From NCBI GenBank assembly GCA_049511715.1, contig JBEKXU010000003.1, positions 36,408 to 100,407 of the forward strand: a stretch of 64,000 bases of DNA. Reading direction: 5' to 3'. The notes under the pieces are model-generated. The model worked only from the letters and a program-made list of their open reading frames with translations, was not told the origin of the DNA and did no database searches. This document shows positions 41,322-51,400 of this stretch, in pieces. Numbering within the stretch: the first letter of the stretch is position 1; each line of letters opens with the position of its first letter. Position numbers and translations under genes: made by a program. Source of the DNA: Anaerolineales bacterium. GTDB lineage: Bacteria; Chloroflexota; Anaerolineae; Anaerolineales; RBG-16-64-43.

Positions 41322-41837
41322 ATGGATATTGCCCGCAGAGAATCCGAGCTGAATCCGATCGGCACCCCGGCTGAACTCGCGGTTGCCCGCGCAATCTCGA
41401 GGGATCCGTGGGGAAACTGGTCCAGGATCCTGCATGCGGGCCTCATCCTCTTGGGTGCCCTCGCCTCTGTCTCACCGTCTTGGGCAGGAAGCTCGATGGC
41501 GCGGCCTGACCGGGCGAATGCTCTCTTGGCGGGCGGTTGGCTCCTGGCGGTTGAGGTTGCCGCCCTTCGATTAGCAGCTGCCCCGGACCGCCGCCTTTGT
41601 TTCCAGGTCCTCCCCCCGAAATGGACGCATAGGATACGTACTTCCAAGGGCGAGCTTTTGATGATTCTGGATAGCCTCGCTTGTTTGCTGGGCGCGTGGC
41701 TGGTTCTTTCCCCCATTGTCTTCTCCCTGCGTTGGCCAAGCCCCGGCTTGCCGTCGATGCTGCTTGGGCTGAGCATCTTTCTGTTCGCGGAAGCAGGTCA
41801 GCTCGCAGAGCTCAACCACCAAGTCCCCGTCCGCTGA
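41322..41837 (+). CDS. Membrane protein with SPW-like repeats
   Basis: AAGGAG RBS. Two similar helices, LLGALASVSP and LLGAWLVLSP. Confidence 0.55.
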   Translation: MDIARRESELNPIGTPAELAVARAISRDPWGNWSRILHAGLILLGALASVSPSWAGSSMARPDRANALLAGGWLLAVEVAALRLAAAPDRRLCFQVLPPKWTHRIRTSKGELLMILDSLACLLGAWLVLSPIVFSLRWPSPGLPSMLLGLSIFLFAEAGQLAELNHQVPVR

Positions 41838-42290
41838 TCGTTTTCCCAATGGGACCCCGCGGGCTGTCCTACAACTCCTTGGTGGGCTTTCCATTTCCCT
41901 TCTCCTCCCCGAGTATTGTCTCCTCATGACCCTCCGGCCCGTCCGGCAGGCCCGCAGCGAGCCGAGGATCGTCACGACGGGCCGATGGCCATTCTGCGGC
42001 CGCTGACCTCGGCACCAGCTTCCTTCGTTTTCGGGAGGCGGGCAATTTGGTTGCTTAAGACTGATTCGCGGGTACACTGGGCTGGAGCCTCGTGAGTTTG
42101 CCTGCGGGACCGATGCCTTCCGGTGGGGTCATCCCCCCATGGCGGCTCGGCAGGCGGCGGTCAAAATATCGTCCGGCATTGGCGAAAACCTTTGGCAGGT
42201 TTGAGAGCGGAAAGGGTCACTCTGAGCGCCCGGCGTGGGGGATCCTCAATTTTGCCCATTCCTGCTCGGCAAAGGAGGCGAAGGAACCCC

Positions 42291-43598
42291 ATGGGAGCTG
42301 CGACCCGTCGAATTGCACTTCTCCTTCTGCTCCTCTGGGCTCTGGGTTTGGCGTGTGCCTTTTCGCGGCTGCGCGCGACGGGCTCCGTGGGCGCAGCGAC
42401 CAGCGAGGCGACGATTGCGGCCCCGACCGTCGCGCAGATCCAATCTCGCCTCGCGCCGCCGACGCCTCCGCCAATCCCCCCGGGGTATGCGCCTCTCAAT
42501 GATCTCCTGGGCACCCAGCTGGGTGACTTCGAAGCGAGGCTGAACGCGTCTTGGGATCATTCCCAAGGCAGCACGGTTTTCGCAACCGATCTTCTGTATG
42601 CCAACGGCAATTTGGGCGAGGCTCTGCTCACCCCGCAGATGATGAACCTCAATCGAACCCTCCTCGACCGGCTCCAGGCTCTCGGGGTCGAGGGTGTGGT
42701 CGTGGCCATCAAGTTTCCGCTGCTGAGCCCAAGCTTTCCTCGGTCGGCGGACTATCTCAACTTCTACAAGGAAATCGTATTGGAATGCCATGAGAGAGGC
42801 ATGCGGGTGCTCGTCGAGAGCGGAGCCATCTTCTCCGGCACTCCCTACTCCACGGTGCATGTGGACTGGTCCCAATACACCCGGGACAGCTTTTTTCAAG
42901 GGCTGGAGGACCAGTTGCTTCTTATTGCAACCCAGGTGCGTCCGGATTACTTGACCCTGGCCAATGAGCCGACCACGGACGCGGCGCTGACGGGCTTCCA
43001 GATTACCCCGGCCGTCTGGGGTGCGTTCCTGCAGGACGCGTCGTCCAAGGTCGACCGCTCGAGCGGCCTGAAGGTGGGTGCGGGCACGGGAACTTGGGAG
43101 GATCCCGCCTTCATGAGCGAAGCGATGAGCATCCCGGGCTTGGATTACATCGATCTGCACATCTATCCGCTGGGCCCGAATGGGTTGTACCTGGATCGCG
43201 CGCTGGACTACGCTCAGGAGGCTCATGCGGCCGGGAAAGGCGTGACCATCAGCGAATGCTGGCTTTACAAGGCCTCGCCAGCCGAGCTAGGGAACGGGCT
43301 GGGAGACATGCAGAAGATCATGAACCGGGATGTGTGGTCCTTCTGGAGCCCGAGTGATGAACGATTCGTCCTGGACATGATCGATCTGGCGGATGCCTCC
43401 CGGATGGACTTCGTCTCCTTTTTCTGGGCGCGCAATTTCTTTGCCTACCTGGACTACGCGTCTACCCCTCAGGATCTCTCCACCCAGGAATTCAACCAGC
43501 GTATCAATCAGGCCTCCCTGGCCAGCCTTCAGGCTGGAAGCCTCAGCCTGCTCGGCCAATTCCTTCAAGGTCAACTGGGGAAACGGGTCTCCCCCTAG
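42291..43598 (+). CDS. Exported lipoprotein, putative clan GH-A glycoside hydrolase fold
   Basis: Lipobox-like GLAC, Pro/Thr linker, LANEP (acid/base), DYIDLHIYP and TISECW (nucleophile). Confidence 0.65.
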   Translation: MGAATRRIALLLLLLWALGLACAFSRLRATGSVGAATSEATIAAPTVAQIQSRLAPPTPPPIPPGYAPLNDLLGTQLGDFEARLNASWDHSQGSTVFATDLLYANGNLGEALLTPQMMNLNRTLLDRLQALGVEGVVVAIKFPLLSPSFPRSADYLNFYKEIVLECHERGMRVLVESGAIFSGTPYSTVHVDWSQYTRDSFFQGLEDQLLLIATQVRPDYLTLANEPTTDAALTGFQITPAVWGAFLQDASSKVDRSSGLKVGAGTGTWEDPAFMSEAMSIPGLDYIDLHIYPLGPNGLYLDRALDYAQEAHAAGKGVTISECWLYKASPAELGNGLGDMQKIMNRDVWSFWSPSDERFVLDMIDLADASRMDFVSFFWARNFFAYLDYASTPQDLSTQEFNQRINQASLASLQAGSLSLLGQFLQGQLGKRVSP

Positions 43599-43923
43599 TT
43601 CGATCGACGGCCTGGGGGCGGAGCGGCGGTGAGGCCGGAAGCGATTTGCCTCAGACCCTATTGGAGATCCGGCCTAGTGGATTTCGCCGTTCAACGCGGG
43701 GGCGCTCCGAGTGATTCCCCCGGCAGGAATTGCCACTTGCTTGTTCGTTCCCCAGGGGAAGGATTTCATTTGCGACCTAAGTGTCGGATTGGATTTGGGT
43801 TGTGGGGGAGCAAGAGGAGGGCGACTCGGTCCAAGAATGATGGTTTTCAACGAGGTGGTTTCATCTTCCCCTAAGGATCTCAATATAGACTAAATCCATC
43901 CAAATCCATCCGGAGGCCATAGC

Positions 43924-44703
43924 ATGCAAAAGAGACAACCCATCCATTGGAGGCTCGGAGTGTTGATTGCGTTCGGGGCAACCTTTTCACTCTTGGCAGC
44001 CGCCTGTTCTCCGGCGGTTACCCCAGTTGCGCCCACACAAACCTCCGCTCCCGTCGTTCCCTCGGCAACCTTTGGGCCGATACTCTTGCCCACTTCCATG
44101 CCCTCTCTGGCGTTCCCCACTTTGACCGCCTCCGCTCCAGTTCCCAACGGGGATCTGAGGTTCGTTCTTGCGCCCAGCGGGAATGAAGCTCATTACACGG
44201 TAACGGAGCAACTGGCAAGCCGCAATTTTCCCAGTGACGCGGTCGGCACAACGAACCAGGTCAGCGGGCAGTTGGTTATTTCCCCGGACGGCAAGATCGA
44301 CGCTGAACAATCAGATTTCAAGGTTAGCCTGACCAACTTGACCTCGGACAGCCGGGGCCGCGACGGGTACATCCAGCGCAACACTCTTCAGACCGCTCAG
44401 TTTCCCAGCGCGGACTTCGTCCCCTCCGGGCAGCAGGGCCTGAGCGTCCCTCTGCCCACCAGCGGGCAGGTAACCTTCCAGCTGAGCGGTAATCTCACGA
44501 TCCACGGGGTGACTCGCCCGGCGACATGGGATGTGACGGCTCAGTTGCAAGGCTCCCAGCTTATCGGCAAGGCGACGACCGCGTTCAAGTTTGAGGATTT
44601 CGGGATGCAGCCGCCCAAGGCCTTTATCGTGCTCAGCGTCCAGGACAATATCCGGCTGGAATACGACTTTGACCTGGCCTTGGCGACCCCGAGCAGCCCA
44701 TGA
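43924..44703 (+). CDS. YceI-family lipoprotein
   Basis: AAAC lipobox, Pro/Thr linker, LTSDSRGRD, QFPSA.F, GNLTIHGVTRP and FEDFGM. Confidence 0.85.
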   Translation: MQKRQPIHWRLGVLIAFGATFSLLAAACSPAVTPVAPTQTSAPVVPSATFGPILLPTSMPSLAFPTLTASAPVPNGDLRFVLAPSGNEAHYTVTEQLASRNFPSDAVGTTNQVSGQLVISPDGKIDAEQSDFKVSLTNLTSDSRGRDGYIQRNTLQTAQFPSADFVPSGQQGLSVPLPTSGQVTFQLSGNLTIHGVTRPATWDVTAQLQGSQLIGKATTAFKFEDFGMQPPKAFIVLSVQDNIRLEYDFDLALATPSSP

Positions 44704-45304
44704 TCTCAGGCTCCGCATGAACTCCCGCGGCAGGCCTTTCCTTCGTTGTGGCGGACTTTGACCTCGGGCCAGGGGCCGAGCGACTGTTACTGCCCCTGGC
44801 TTTGTGGCCCCGATTAATTATATGAAGTGACTTCCAGTGAATGAGGGAAGTCGTCCTCTCGAATTGTCCCCTCTTGTGCTCGAACTGGACCAAATTCCTT
44901 GTAACACCCCACCAGGGGCCAAGCGACAGGTTGCGTAGCCTACCGGCTTGGGCGACACCGACCGATCCGATCCTGATACCTCGGCCGCTTGGCACCGGAA
45001 CCCCGGCCCTCGTCTTGCGCTCCAAACCGAGGTCCGCAGAGGCCTGGGTTCTGGAACCCACACGGATGATCTGGCATAGAATCACCATGAAGGCAAAGGC
45101 GATCCGGGGGAGGGGCCCGTGGCAGCGCCTCTTTCACGTTCTGTGGGCTCAGCCAGTGCATCGACGCGGCCCCCGTCGCTTTCTGGAATTGAGAGGTGTC
45201 GCGATCCCGCCTGCTCCCGGGAAAGGGTTTCTGGTCTCGGGAAGACCCGGCGATGGTTGTTGCCTGATCGCAGGGGTCAGGGCTTGACGTCGAAGGAGGC
45301 TGAC

Positions 45305-46378
45305 ATGGGCCCCGAGGAGGTTGCCAAGGGATCCGTTCCCCATCGTCGGTGGAACCCGCTGACAGGAGAGTGGGTTCTCGTCTCACCCCAACGCCTGAGC
45401 CGGCCGTGGCGCGGGCAAGTGGAGCCGGCTGAGGTCAAGGGAGGGCCGCCCTTCGATCCAGACTGCTACCTATGCCCAGGCAATCGCAGAACCAGCGGGA
45501 AGGTGAACCCAAGATATCGGTCAACCTACGTGTTTGAAAATGACTATCCCGCTTTGACCGGAGAGTCGAGTGACGGGGTGGAGGGACGGCCCCCTCTCTT
45601 CCTTGCCGAGTCAGAAACGGGAACTTGTCGCGTGATCTGCTACTCGCCCCGGCACGACCTATCGCTTGGAGAAATGAGCGAGGAGGAAATCGTGCCCGTG
45701 ATCGAGGTGTGGAAGCAGCAGATTGAGGAGCTTGGGCAGAGGCATCGATGGGTGCAGATCTTCGAGAACCGGGGTGAGATCATGGGCTGCTCTTGCCCTC
45801 ATCCCCATGGTCAGGTCTGGGCGGGATCGGTTCTGCCGAGCACGCCGGCCAAGGAGGACGAAGCCCAGCGAGACTACCTGGCCATTCACAGGACGTGCCT
45901 GTTGCTGGATTACGCTCGCCAAGAGTTAAAGGAGAAAGTCCGGACCGTGCTCGCCAGCAAGTATTGGATCGCCGTCGTCCCGTATTGGGCTGTCTGGCCC
46001 TTTGAACTTCTGCTTGTTCCCCTCCAGCCAAGGAGCAGCCTGGCGGACTTGACACGCGAGGAGGAACAATCCCTGGCGCAGGTGTTGAAGGGGGTATTAG
46101 TCCGTTACGACAATCTCTTTTTGTGCCCGTTCCCGTACACGATGGGCTGGCATGGCGGGCCTGGGACCGGGCAGGGTAGCCCGCACTGGCAGCTCCACCT
46201 GCACTTCTATCCGCCCCTGTTGAGATCGGCGACCGTCAGGAAATTCCTGGTGGGGTATGAGATGTTCGCCGAGCCCCAGCGGGACTTGACGCCGGAAGAT
46301 GCTGCCCAGACGCTGAGAGAGCTGCCGGATGTTCACTACAAGCTGGCTCCGGGGTCGAGCGGAGGAAAAACCGGGTGA
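45305..46378 (+). CDS. galT: Galactose-1-phosphate uridylyltransferase
   Basis: HRRWNPLTGEWVLVSP.R..RPW.GQ, CYLCPGN, FENRG.MGCS.PHPHGQ and RSATVRKF.VGYE. Confidence 0.95.
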   Translation: MGPEEVAKGSVPHRRWNPLTGEWVLVSPQRLSRPWRGQVEPAEVKGGPPFDPDCYLCPGNRRTSGKVNPRYRSTYVFENDYPALTGESSDGVEGRPPLFLAESETGTCRVICYSPRHDLSLGEMSEEEIVPVIEVWKQQIEELGQRHRWVQIFENRGEIMGCSCPHPHGQVWAGSVLPSTPAKEDEAQRDYLAIHRTCLLLDYARQELKEKVRTVLASKYWIAVVPYWAVWPFELLLVPLQPRSSLADLTREEEQSLAQVLKGVLVRYDNLFLCPFPYTMGWHGGPGTGQGSPHWQLHLHFYPPLLRSATVRKFLVGYEMFAEPQRDLTPEDAAQTLRELPDVHYKLAPGSSGGKTG

Positions 46379-46688
46379 GGCCGTCGAACCGTTGCCCAGC
46401 CTCCGCCCAATTCATGATGCCGCCAGGGCGTGACTGGCGGGGAGTGGGTTGCAGACCCGAACCGCCGAAGGATTGCAGCTCTGCGCGGAAGGTTAATGCC
46501 CTTGGGGCTCTCAGTCGCGGTGATCGGTGCTGTGGACCGTGTCCGGGGCGGATTGGCGCTTCGGCGCACACGACCGGGGGTCGGGCTTTTGGATGGCAAT
46601 CGGAGCCCGGGTGTGCAAATTGCTGAGCTCGAAATCCAGCCCAGGTTCCTTCGTCTGCCGCGGGCGCCTGGGGGGGGCCGAATGTCAC

Positions 46689-46731
46689 TTGACATGCCCC
46701 CTGTGACCGCCCGAGGATGTTATCGTTATCA
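46689..46731 (+). promoter_or_regulatory. Putative LacI-family operator and -35 element upstream of the sugar cluster
   Basis: TTGACA at 46689 and the CG-centred near-palindrome TGTTATCGTTATCA at 46718-46731. Confidence 0.55.
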
Positions 46732-47114
46732 AAGTTGGCGTGCATAGGTTCAGGTAGGTGCCCAGCCATTCTTTTTGCAGTTCCCCCGTCGATCTCAAGA
46801 GCGGTCCCGCCACGACGTGAACTCCCCCAGAGGATGTCCGGAGGCGGGAGGAAGGAGGTGCCAGGAGGCTGTCCATGAAGGCGCCCGCCGGGTCTTGAGG
46901 CAGAAGGCGCTGGGCCGCGCATGTGAGGCGCTATCTTTCAGCCCCCCAGCAGTTGCCTAGGACCCCCCTCAGGTCTATGGGAAGGGGCTTCTTCTTGGAA
47001 AACCATCGCCAAGCGAATTCAGTTCCCAGCAGGTTGTAATTAGAATCGGCAGGGCTTGGCCGCGTTCGACTGCGGCCAGGCACGAGGCTGAATGAGAATC
47101 ACAAGGAGGAAAAG

Positions 47115-48170
47115 ATGCGTGCTCGGACCGTAAGGAATATGGGGACCATTGTCGGGGTTGTGGTCTTGTTGGCGATGGTCGTCTCCGCCTGCGCTCCGGC
47201 GGCGGCGCCAGCAGCGCCAGCGGCCACAGGCGTGTCCGCTGCGGCCAAGTCCACCCCAATGTGGTGCAAGGGCGTGAACATCGTGTTCTTCCCAGGCGGG
47301 CCTGAGGGAGGGGTTTTCGCAGTCAATGTCTACAACGGCGCCGTGCAGGCGGCGGCCGACCTGGGACCCACGGTTCAGTACGAATGGTCCAACTGGGATC
47401 CCGAGACGATGCTGTCGCAATTCCAAGCGGCGGCGGCAACCAAACCGGACGGGATCGCGGTAATGGGGCATCCTGGTGACACCTCCTTCGATCCGCTCAT
47501 CGACGCCGCAGAATCCAAGGGAATCATCGTCACCAGCCAGAACACCCCGCTGCCCACTGTGGAGGCGAAATACGCCTCGGCGGGTTTTGGTTACGTCGGT
47601 GCGGACCTCTATGCGGCTGGGCAGGCTTTGGGCAACAAAGCGGTCTCGTACTACAACCTCAAGGCCGGCGATCGCGCCATGGTCTGGGGGCTGCTGTCTC
47701 AACCGACCCGCGGGCTGCGCACTAAGGGCGTGATCGACGCGCTCAAGGCGGCCGGCCTGACGGTGGACTACATTGAGATCGACTCCGCGACCAACGCGGA
47801 TCCATCGGCGGGAACGTCTACCTTTGTGGCCTATGTCTCCGCGCACCCGGACGTCAAACTGGTGGTGACGGACCATGGCGGCTTGACCGCCACAGCGCAG
47901 ACCTACCTGTCAGCGGCCGGCAAGAAACCGGGCGATATTGATGTTGCAGGGTTCGACATGTCGCCGGCAACGGTCGCGGCCATCCAGGGCGGCTGGACGG
48001 GCCTGGTGATTGATCAGCAGGAGTGGCTGCAAGGCTACCTGCCGATCCTGCAAATCTGCCTCACCAAGGTCTACGGCTTCTCCGGCCTGTATATCGACAC
48101 CGGAGCGGGCTTCGTGGACAAGGATAATGTAGCTACAGATGCTCCTCTGGCGGCCCAGAATATTCGGTGA
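47115..48170 (+). CDS. Sugar ABC transporter substrate-binding lipoprotein (RbsB-like)
   Basis: VSAC lipobox, Ala/Pro linker, KPDGIAV, AGFD and IDQQ..LQGY. AAGGAGG RBS. Confidence 0.9.
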   Translation: MRARTVRNMGTIVGVVVLLAMVVSACAPAAAPAAPAATGVSAAAKSTPMWCKGVNIVFFPGGPEGGVFAVNVYNGAVQAAADLGPTVQYEWSNWDPETMLSQFQAAAATKPDGIAVMGHPGDTSFDPLIDAAESKGIIVTSQNTPLPTVEAKYASAGFGYVGADLYAAGQALGNKAVSYYNLKAGDRAMVWGLLSQPTRGLRTKGVIDALKAAGLTVDYIEIDSATNADPSAGTSTFVAYVSAHPDVKLVVTDHGGLTATAQTYLSAAGKKPGDIDVAGFDMSPATVAAIQGGWTGLVIDQQEWLQGYLPILQICLTKVYGFSGLYIDTGAGFVDKDNVATDAPLAAQNIR

Positions 48171-48179
48171 GAACGTGCG

Positions 48180-48221
48180 GAGACCTGACAGGTCGAGGAG
48201 ACCTGTCAGGTCTCTTTTTTT
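48180..48221 (+). terminator. Intrinsic terminator or stabilising hairpin after the SBP gene
   Basis: GAGACCTGACAGGTC-GAGGA-GACCTGTCAGGTCTC followed by T7. Confidence 0.75.
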
Positions 48222-48242
48222 AGAGGGTACGGAGGCAGTCGG

Positions 48243-49025
48243 ATGAACCCGGCGGCGGTTGTTCAGATGAAAGGAATCTCCAAGACCTTTGGAGAGGTGG
48301 CCGCACTGCGGAACGTGAACTTTGAGGTGGGCCCGAATGAGATCGTGGGGCTCCTGGGGGACAATGGCGCGGGCAAATCGACCCTGGTCAAGATCCTGAC
48401 AGGGTATTACCAGCCGGACCCGGGCGGGGAGATCTACTTGAAAGGAACGAAAATTGACCGCCTCTCTGTGGCCAAGGCCCGCGACCTGGGCATCGAGGTG
48501 GTGTATCAGGAAAGAGCCCTTTCGGAGCTGCATTCCTTGTGGCGGAACATTTTCATGGGCCGCGAGCTGGCCAACCGCTGGGGTGTGCTCGACCTGAAGG
48601 CAATGAAGTCGGAAACCCAGAGGCTGATGATGACCGCCATGGGTTTCACCTCGGCGGCCGTGACCCCTGATTCGGTAGTGGGCGCATTCTCCGGTGGCGA
48701 GCGCCAGGGCGTGGCGATCACACGCGCGCTCTATTTCCACGCCGAACTGATCATCCTCGACGAACCCACCATGGGGCTGTCTTTGTCCGAAACGCGCAAA
48801 TGCACTGACTTCGTGCGGGGCATCAAGCAGGCGGGGAAGGCAGCCATCTTCATCGATCACAACATCTTCCATGTTCACCCCATTGCCGACCGCATCGTGG
48901 TCCTGGACCGGGGAGCGGTGGCCGGGGAGTTCAAGAAGGACGAGCTGACGCTCGACCAGCTCATTAGCCGGCTTGAAATGGTCGCCCAAACCGGAAGCCT
49001 CGAAAACCACAATTCCGTTGCCTGA
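48243..49025 (+). CDS. Sugar ABC transporter ATP-binding protein (single NBD)
   Basis: GDNGAGKST, VYQE, FSGGERQ and LDEPT. Confidence 0.92.
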   Translation: MNPAAVVQMKGISKTFGEVAALRNVNFEVGPNEIVGLLGDNGAGKSTLVKILTGYYQPDPGGEIYLKGTKIDRLSVAKARDLGIEVVYQERALSELHSLWRNIFMGRELANRWGVLDLKAMKSETQRLMMTAMGFTSAAVTPDSVVGAFSGGERQGVAITRALYFHAELIILDEPTMGLSLSETRKCTDFVRGIKQAGKAAIFIDHNIFHVHPIADRIVVLDRGAVAGEFKKDELTLDQLISRLEMVAQTGSLENHNSVA

Positions 49026-49044
49026 GAAATAGAGAGCAGGTGCC

Positions 49045-50073
49045 ATGAATTCAGCCGCGGAAGCGAGTCCCATATCTCCCGTCGCGTCGAGCTCCAGGAT
49101 CGGCCGGACCCTTCGAAAGTACGCCCTGCAGATCGCGATCGTGCTGGTCTTGGTGGTTATCTGGGCGTTCTTCTACTGGCGGTCTCCCAGGACCTTTGGG
49201 CACTACGACATCTATAACGCCCTGATGGTGACCACCCCATACTATGCCCTGATGGCGATTCCTCTAACCCTGGTGATCATCGCCAAGGAAATTGACCTGT
49301 CCTTTTGTTCCATCATGGCCTGGGGCATGGCCGCTTACGACTTGGTCTTCTTGGCACTTAACCGGACCAATCCCATCCTCGCGGTCTACCTGGGCTTTGT
49401 GGCCTGCCTTGTGGCGGGGCTCGTGGCCGGCTATCTGAACGGGTGGATCGTGGTGCACCTGGGAATCCCCTCGCTGGTGGCGACGCTGGGAACCCAGTAC
49501 TTCTGGCGGGGGGCGGTGCTGGTGGTGACCAACGGCGAGGGGCTCGGCATGACCGTGGTTCAGTCGACGGTGCTGTACCCTGTTCTGGACGGCTACTTGT
49601 TCGGCAAGATCCCGGTGGATTTCGTTTGGATGATCTTGTTCGCCGTGGCCACCTGGTGGTTCCTGAACCGCCATAAGTTTGGAGCCCATGTCTACCTGAC
49701 CGGCGACAACACGGAAAGCGCCAACCTGATGGGGGTGGACACGGGCCGAACAAAGATCCTGGCCTTCACCCTCGTGGGAGTGATCTCGGCCTTTGCCGGC
49801 TTCGTCGTCAGCGCGGGGCTCCTTTTCCTGTGGCCAACGCTCGGCGAGGGGTACCTGCTGAACACGCTGGCCTCGGTGTTCCTGGGCGGCACGTCGGTCT
49901 TCGGCGGGACCGGAACCATTTTTGGGACTTTCGTGGGCTCCTTCATCATTGCGATTATCGACCCCGGCATCGTTGCCGCCGGCTGGACGGCCTACTGGAC
50001 CCAATTCATCTACGGTGCCATCATCGTGGTTTCGGTGGCGCTGCAGGCTGTGCTGCAGAGGAGGCTGGCCTAG
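49045..50073 (+). CDS. Sugar ABC transporter permease (RbsC-like)
   Basis: EIDLS, IPSLVATLGT, GDN.ESA.L.GV and LGGTS..GG.G. Confidence 0.92.
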   Translation: MNSAAEASPISPVASSSRIGRTLRKYALQIAIVLVLVVIWAFFYWRSPRTFGHYDIYNALMVTTPYYALMAIPLTLVIIAKEIDLSFCSIMAWGMAAYDLVFLALNRTNPILAVYLGFVACLVAGLVAGYLNGWIVVHLGIPSLVATLGTQYFWRGAVLVVTNGEGLGMTVVQSTVLYPVLDGYLFGKIPVDFVWMILFAVATWWFLNRHKFGAHVYLTGDNTESANLMGVDTGRTKILAFTLVGVISAFAGFVVSAGLLFLWPTLGEGYLLNTLASVFLGGTSVFGGTGTIFGTFVGSFIIAIIDPGIVAAGWTAYWTQFIYGAIIVVSVALQAVLQRRLA

Positions 50074-50176
50074 GCGACACTGGGGAATCCAGGAAAGTGT
50101 GCCGGTCAACATCGCGCAATCATCCCGCATGCTCTAGACCGCAATTCCCGCGCCGGAGCCCGGAGGCCGAAGGCCG

Positions 50177-51400
50177 ATGAACTCGCGCGAACGTGTTTGG
50201 CTGGCCCTCAACCACCGGGAACCCGACCGAGTGCCCATTGACCTGGGGGCGACGATCGTCTCCTCGATCGTGCGCCCAACCTATATCGCCCTCAAGAAGT
50301 ACCTGAATATGCCTCTGGAAGAGATTCGCATGCTGGACTATGTCCAGCAGCTGCCCTATGTCGACGAGGCTTTTCTGGAACGCTTTGCGGTGGACTTTCG
50401 GCTCGTCCAGCTTCCGGCCGCCACCGCTCCCGGGGTGGAAATCTTCGAGGAGGGGAACTACTTCGCCTTCATTGACCGCTGGGGTTCGAAACTCCACATG
50501 CCCAAGGAGGGTGGGCTTTACTTCGACTGGGTGGATTTCCCCATCCGGGCCCCCACCCTGGAGGCTCTGGACCGCTACTCGTGGCCGCGGCCTGACCCGG
50601 AGACCTACCTCACCCAGCTGCGCGACCAGGCCCGGTCCCTTTCCGAAAAAACGGATTTTGCCCTGGTCGGGAGTGCCATCATTGGGGGAGGCATCTTTGA
50701 GCAGCCAGCCCGAACCATGGGTTTGCAAAATTTCTTTGAGGCACTGGTCACAGAACCGAAATTTGCGGACCGGCTGATGGAGGGGATCACGGACCTGTAT
50801 GTCGAGTCCTGCGATCGCTATCTGGAACAGGTGGGGCCCTACCTGCAGGTCTTCACGTACTGGGACGATCTGTGCGGACAGAACGGCTGGCTCATTCGGC
50901 CCGACTTGTACCGCACGATGATCAAGCCCAAGCAACGACGGCTGGTGGAGGCGATCAAGCGGAAGACGGAGGCCAAACTCTTCTACCACAGCTGCGGTGC
51001 CAGCCGCGAACTGATCCCCGACCTGATCGAACTGGGATTTGACATCCTCAATCCCGTCCAGGTATCCGCCCGCGGGATGAACACGAAAACGCTGAAGGCG
51101 GAATTCGGGAAGGATATTGTCTTTTGGGGCGGCGGCGTGGACACCCAGGGGGTCTTGCCGTTTGGGACGCCTGAGCAGGTGGCCGACGAGGTCAGGCGCC
51201 GCATCGACGACCTGGCTCCCGGAGGGGGATTTGTCTTTGCCGCGGTCCACAACATTCAGGCTTTTGTCCCTCCTGAGAACATCGTGGCGGCCTTTGACAC
51301 CGCGCGATCCTACGGTCGCTACAGGACCTCGGGGTTCCAGGAAGGGGGGGGCGCATCATCGGGAAAGGGGCTGGCGGCTCGCCAGGGAGGTTCGGCGTGA
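50177..51400 (+). CDS. URO-D/MtaA-fold protein, copy 1
   Basis: RERV..AL.H.EPDRVP, DRWG, WDDLCGQ, FYHSCG, LNPVQ, FWGGGVDTQ and VHNIQ. Confidence 0.85.
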   Translation: MNSRERVWLALNHREPDRVPIDLGATIVSSIVRPTYIALKKYLNMPLEEIRMLDYVQQLPYVDEAFLERFAVDFRLVQLPAATAPGVEIFEEGNYFAFIDRWGSKLHMPKEGGLYFDWVDFPIRAPTLEALDRYSWPRPDPETYLTQLRDQARSLSEKTDFALVGSAIIGGGIFEQPARTMGLQNFFEALVTEPKFADRLMEGITDLYVESCDRYLEQVGPYLQVFTYWDDLCGQNGWLIRPDLYRTMIKPKQRRLVEAIKRKTEAKLFYHSCGASRELIPDLIELGFDILNPVQVSARGMNTKTLKAEFGKDIVFWGGGVDTQGVLPFGTPEQVADEVRRRIDDLAPGGGFVFAAVHNIQAFVPPENIVAAFDTARSYGRYRTSGFQEGGGASSGKGLAARQGGSA

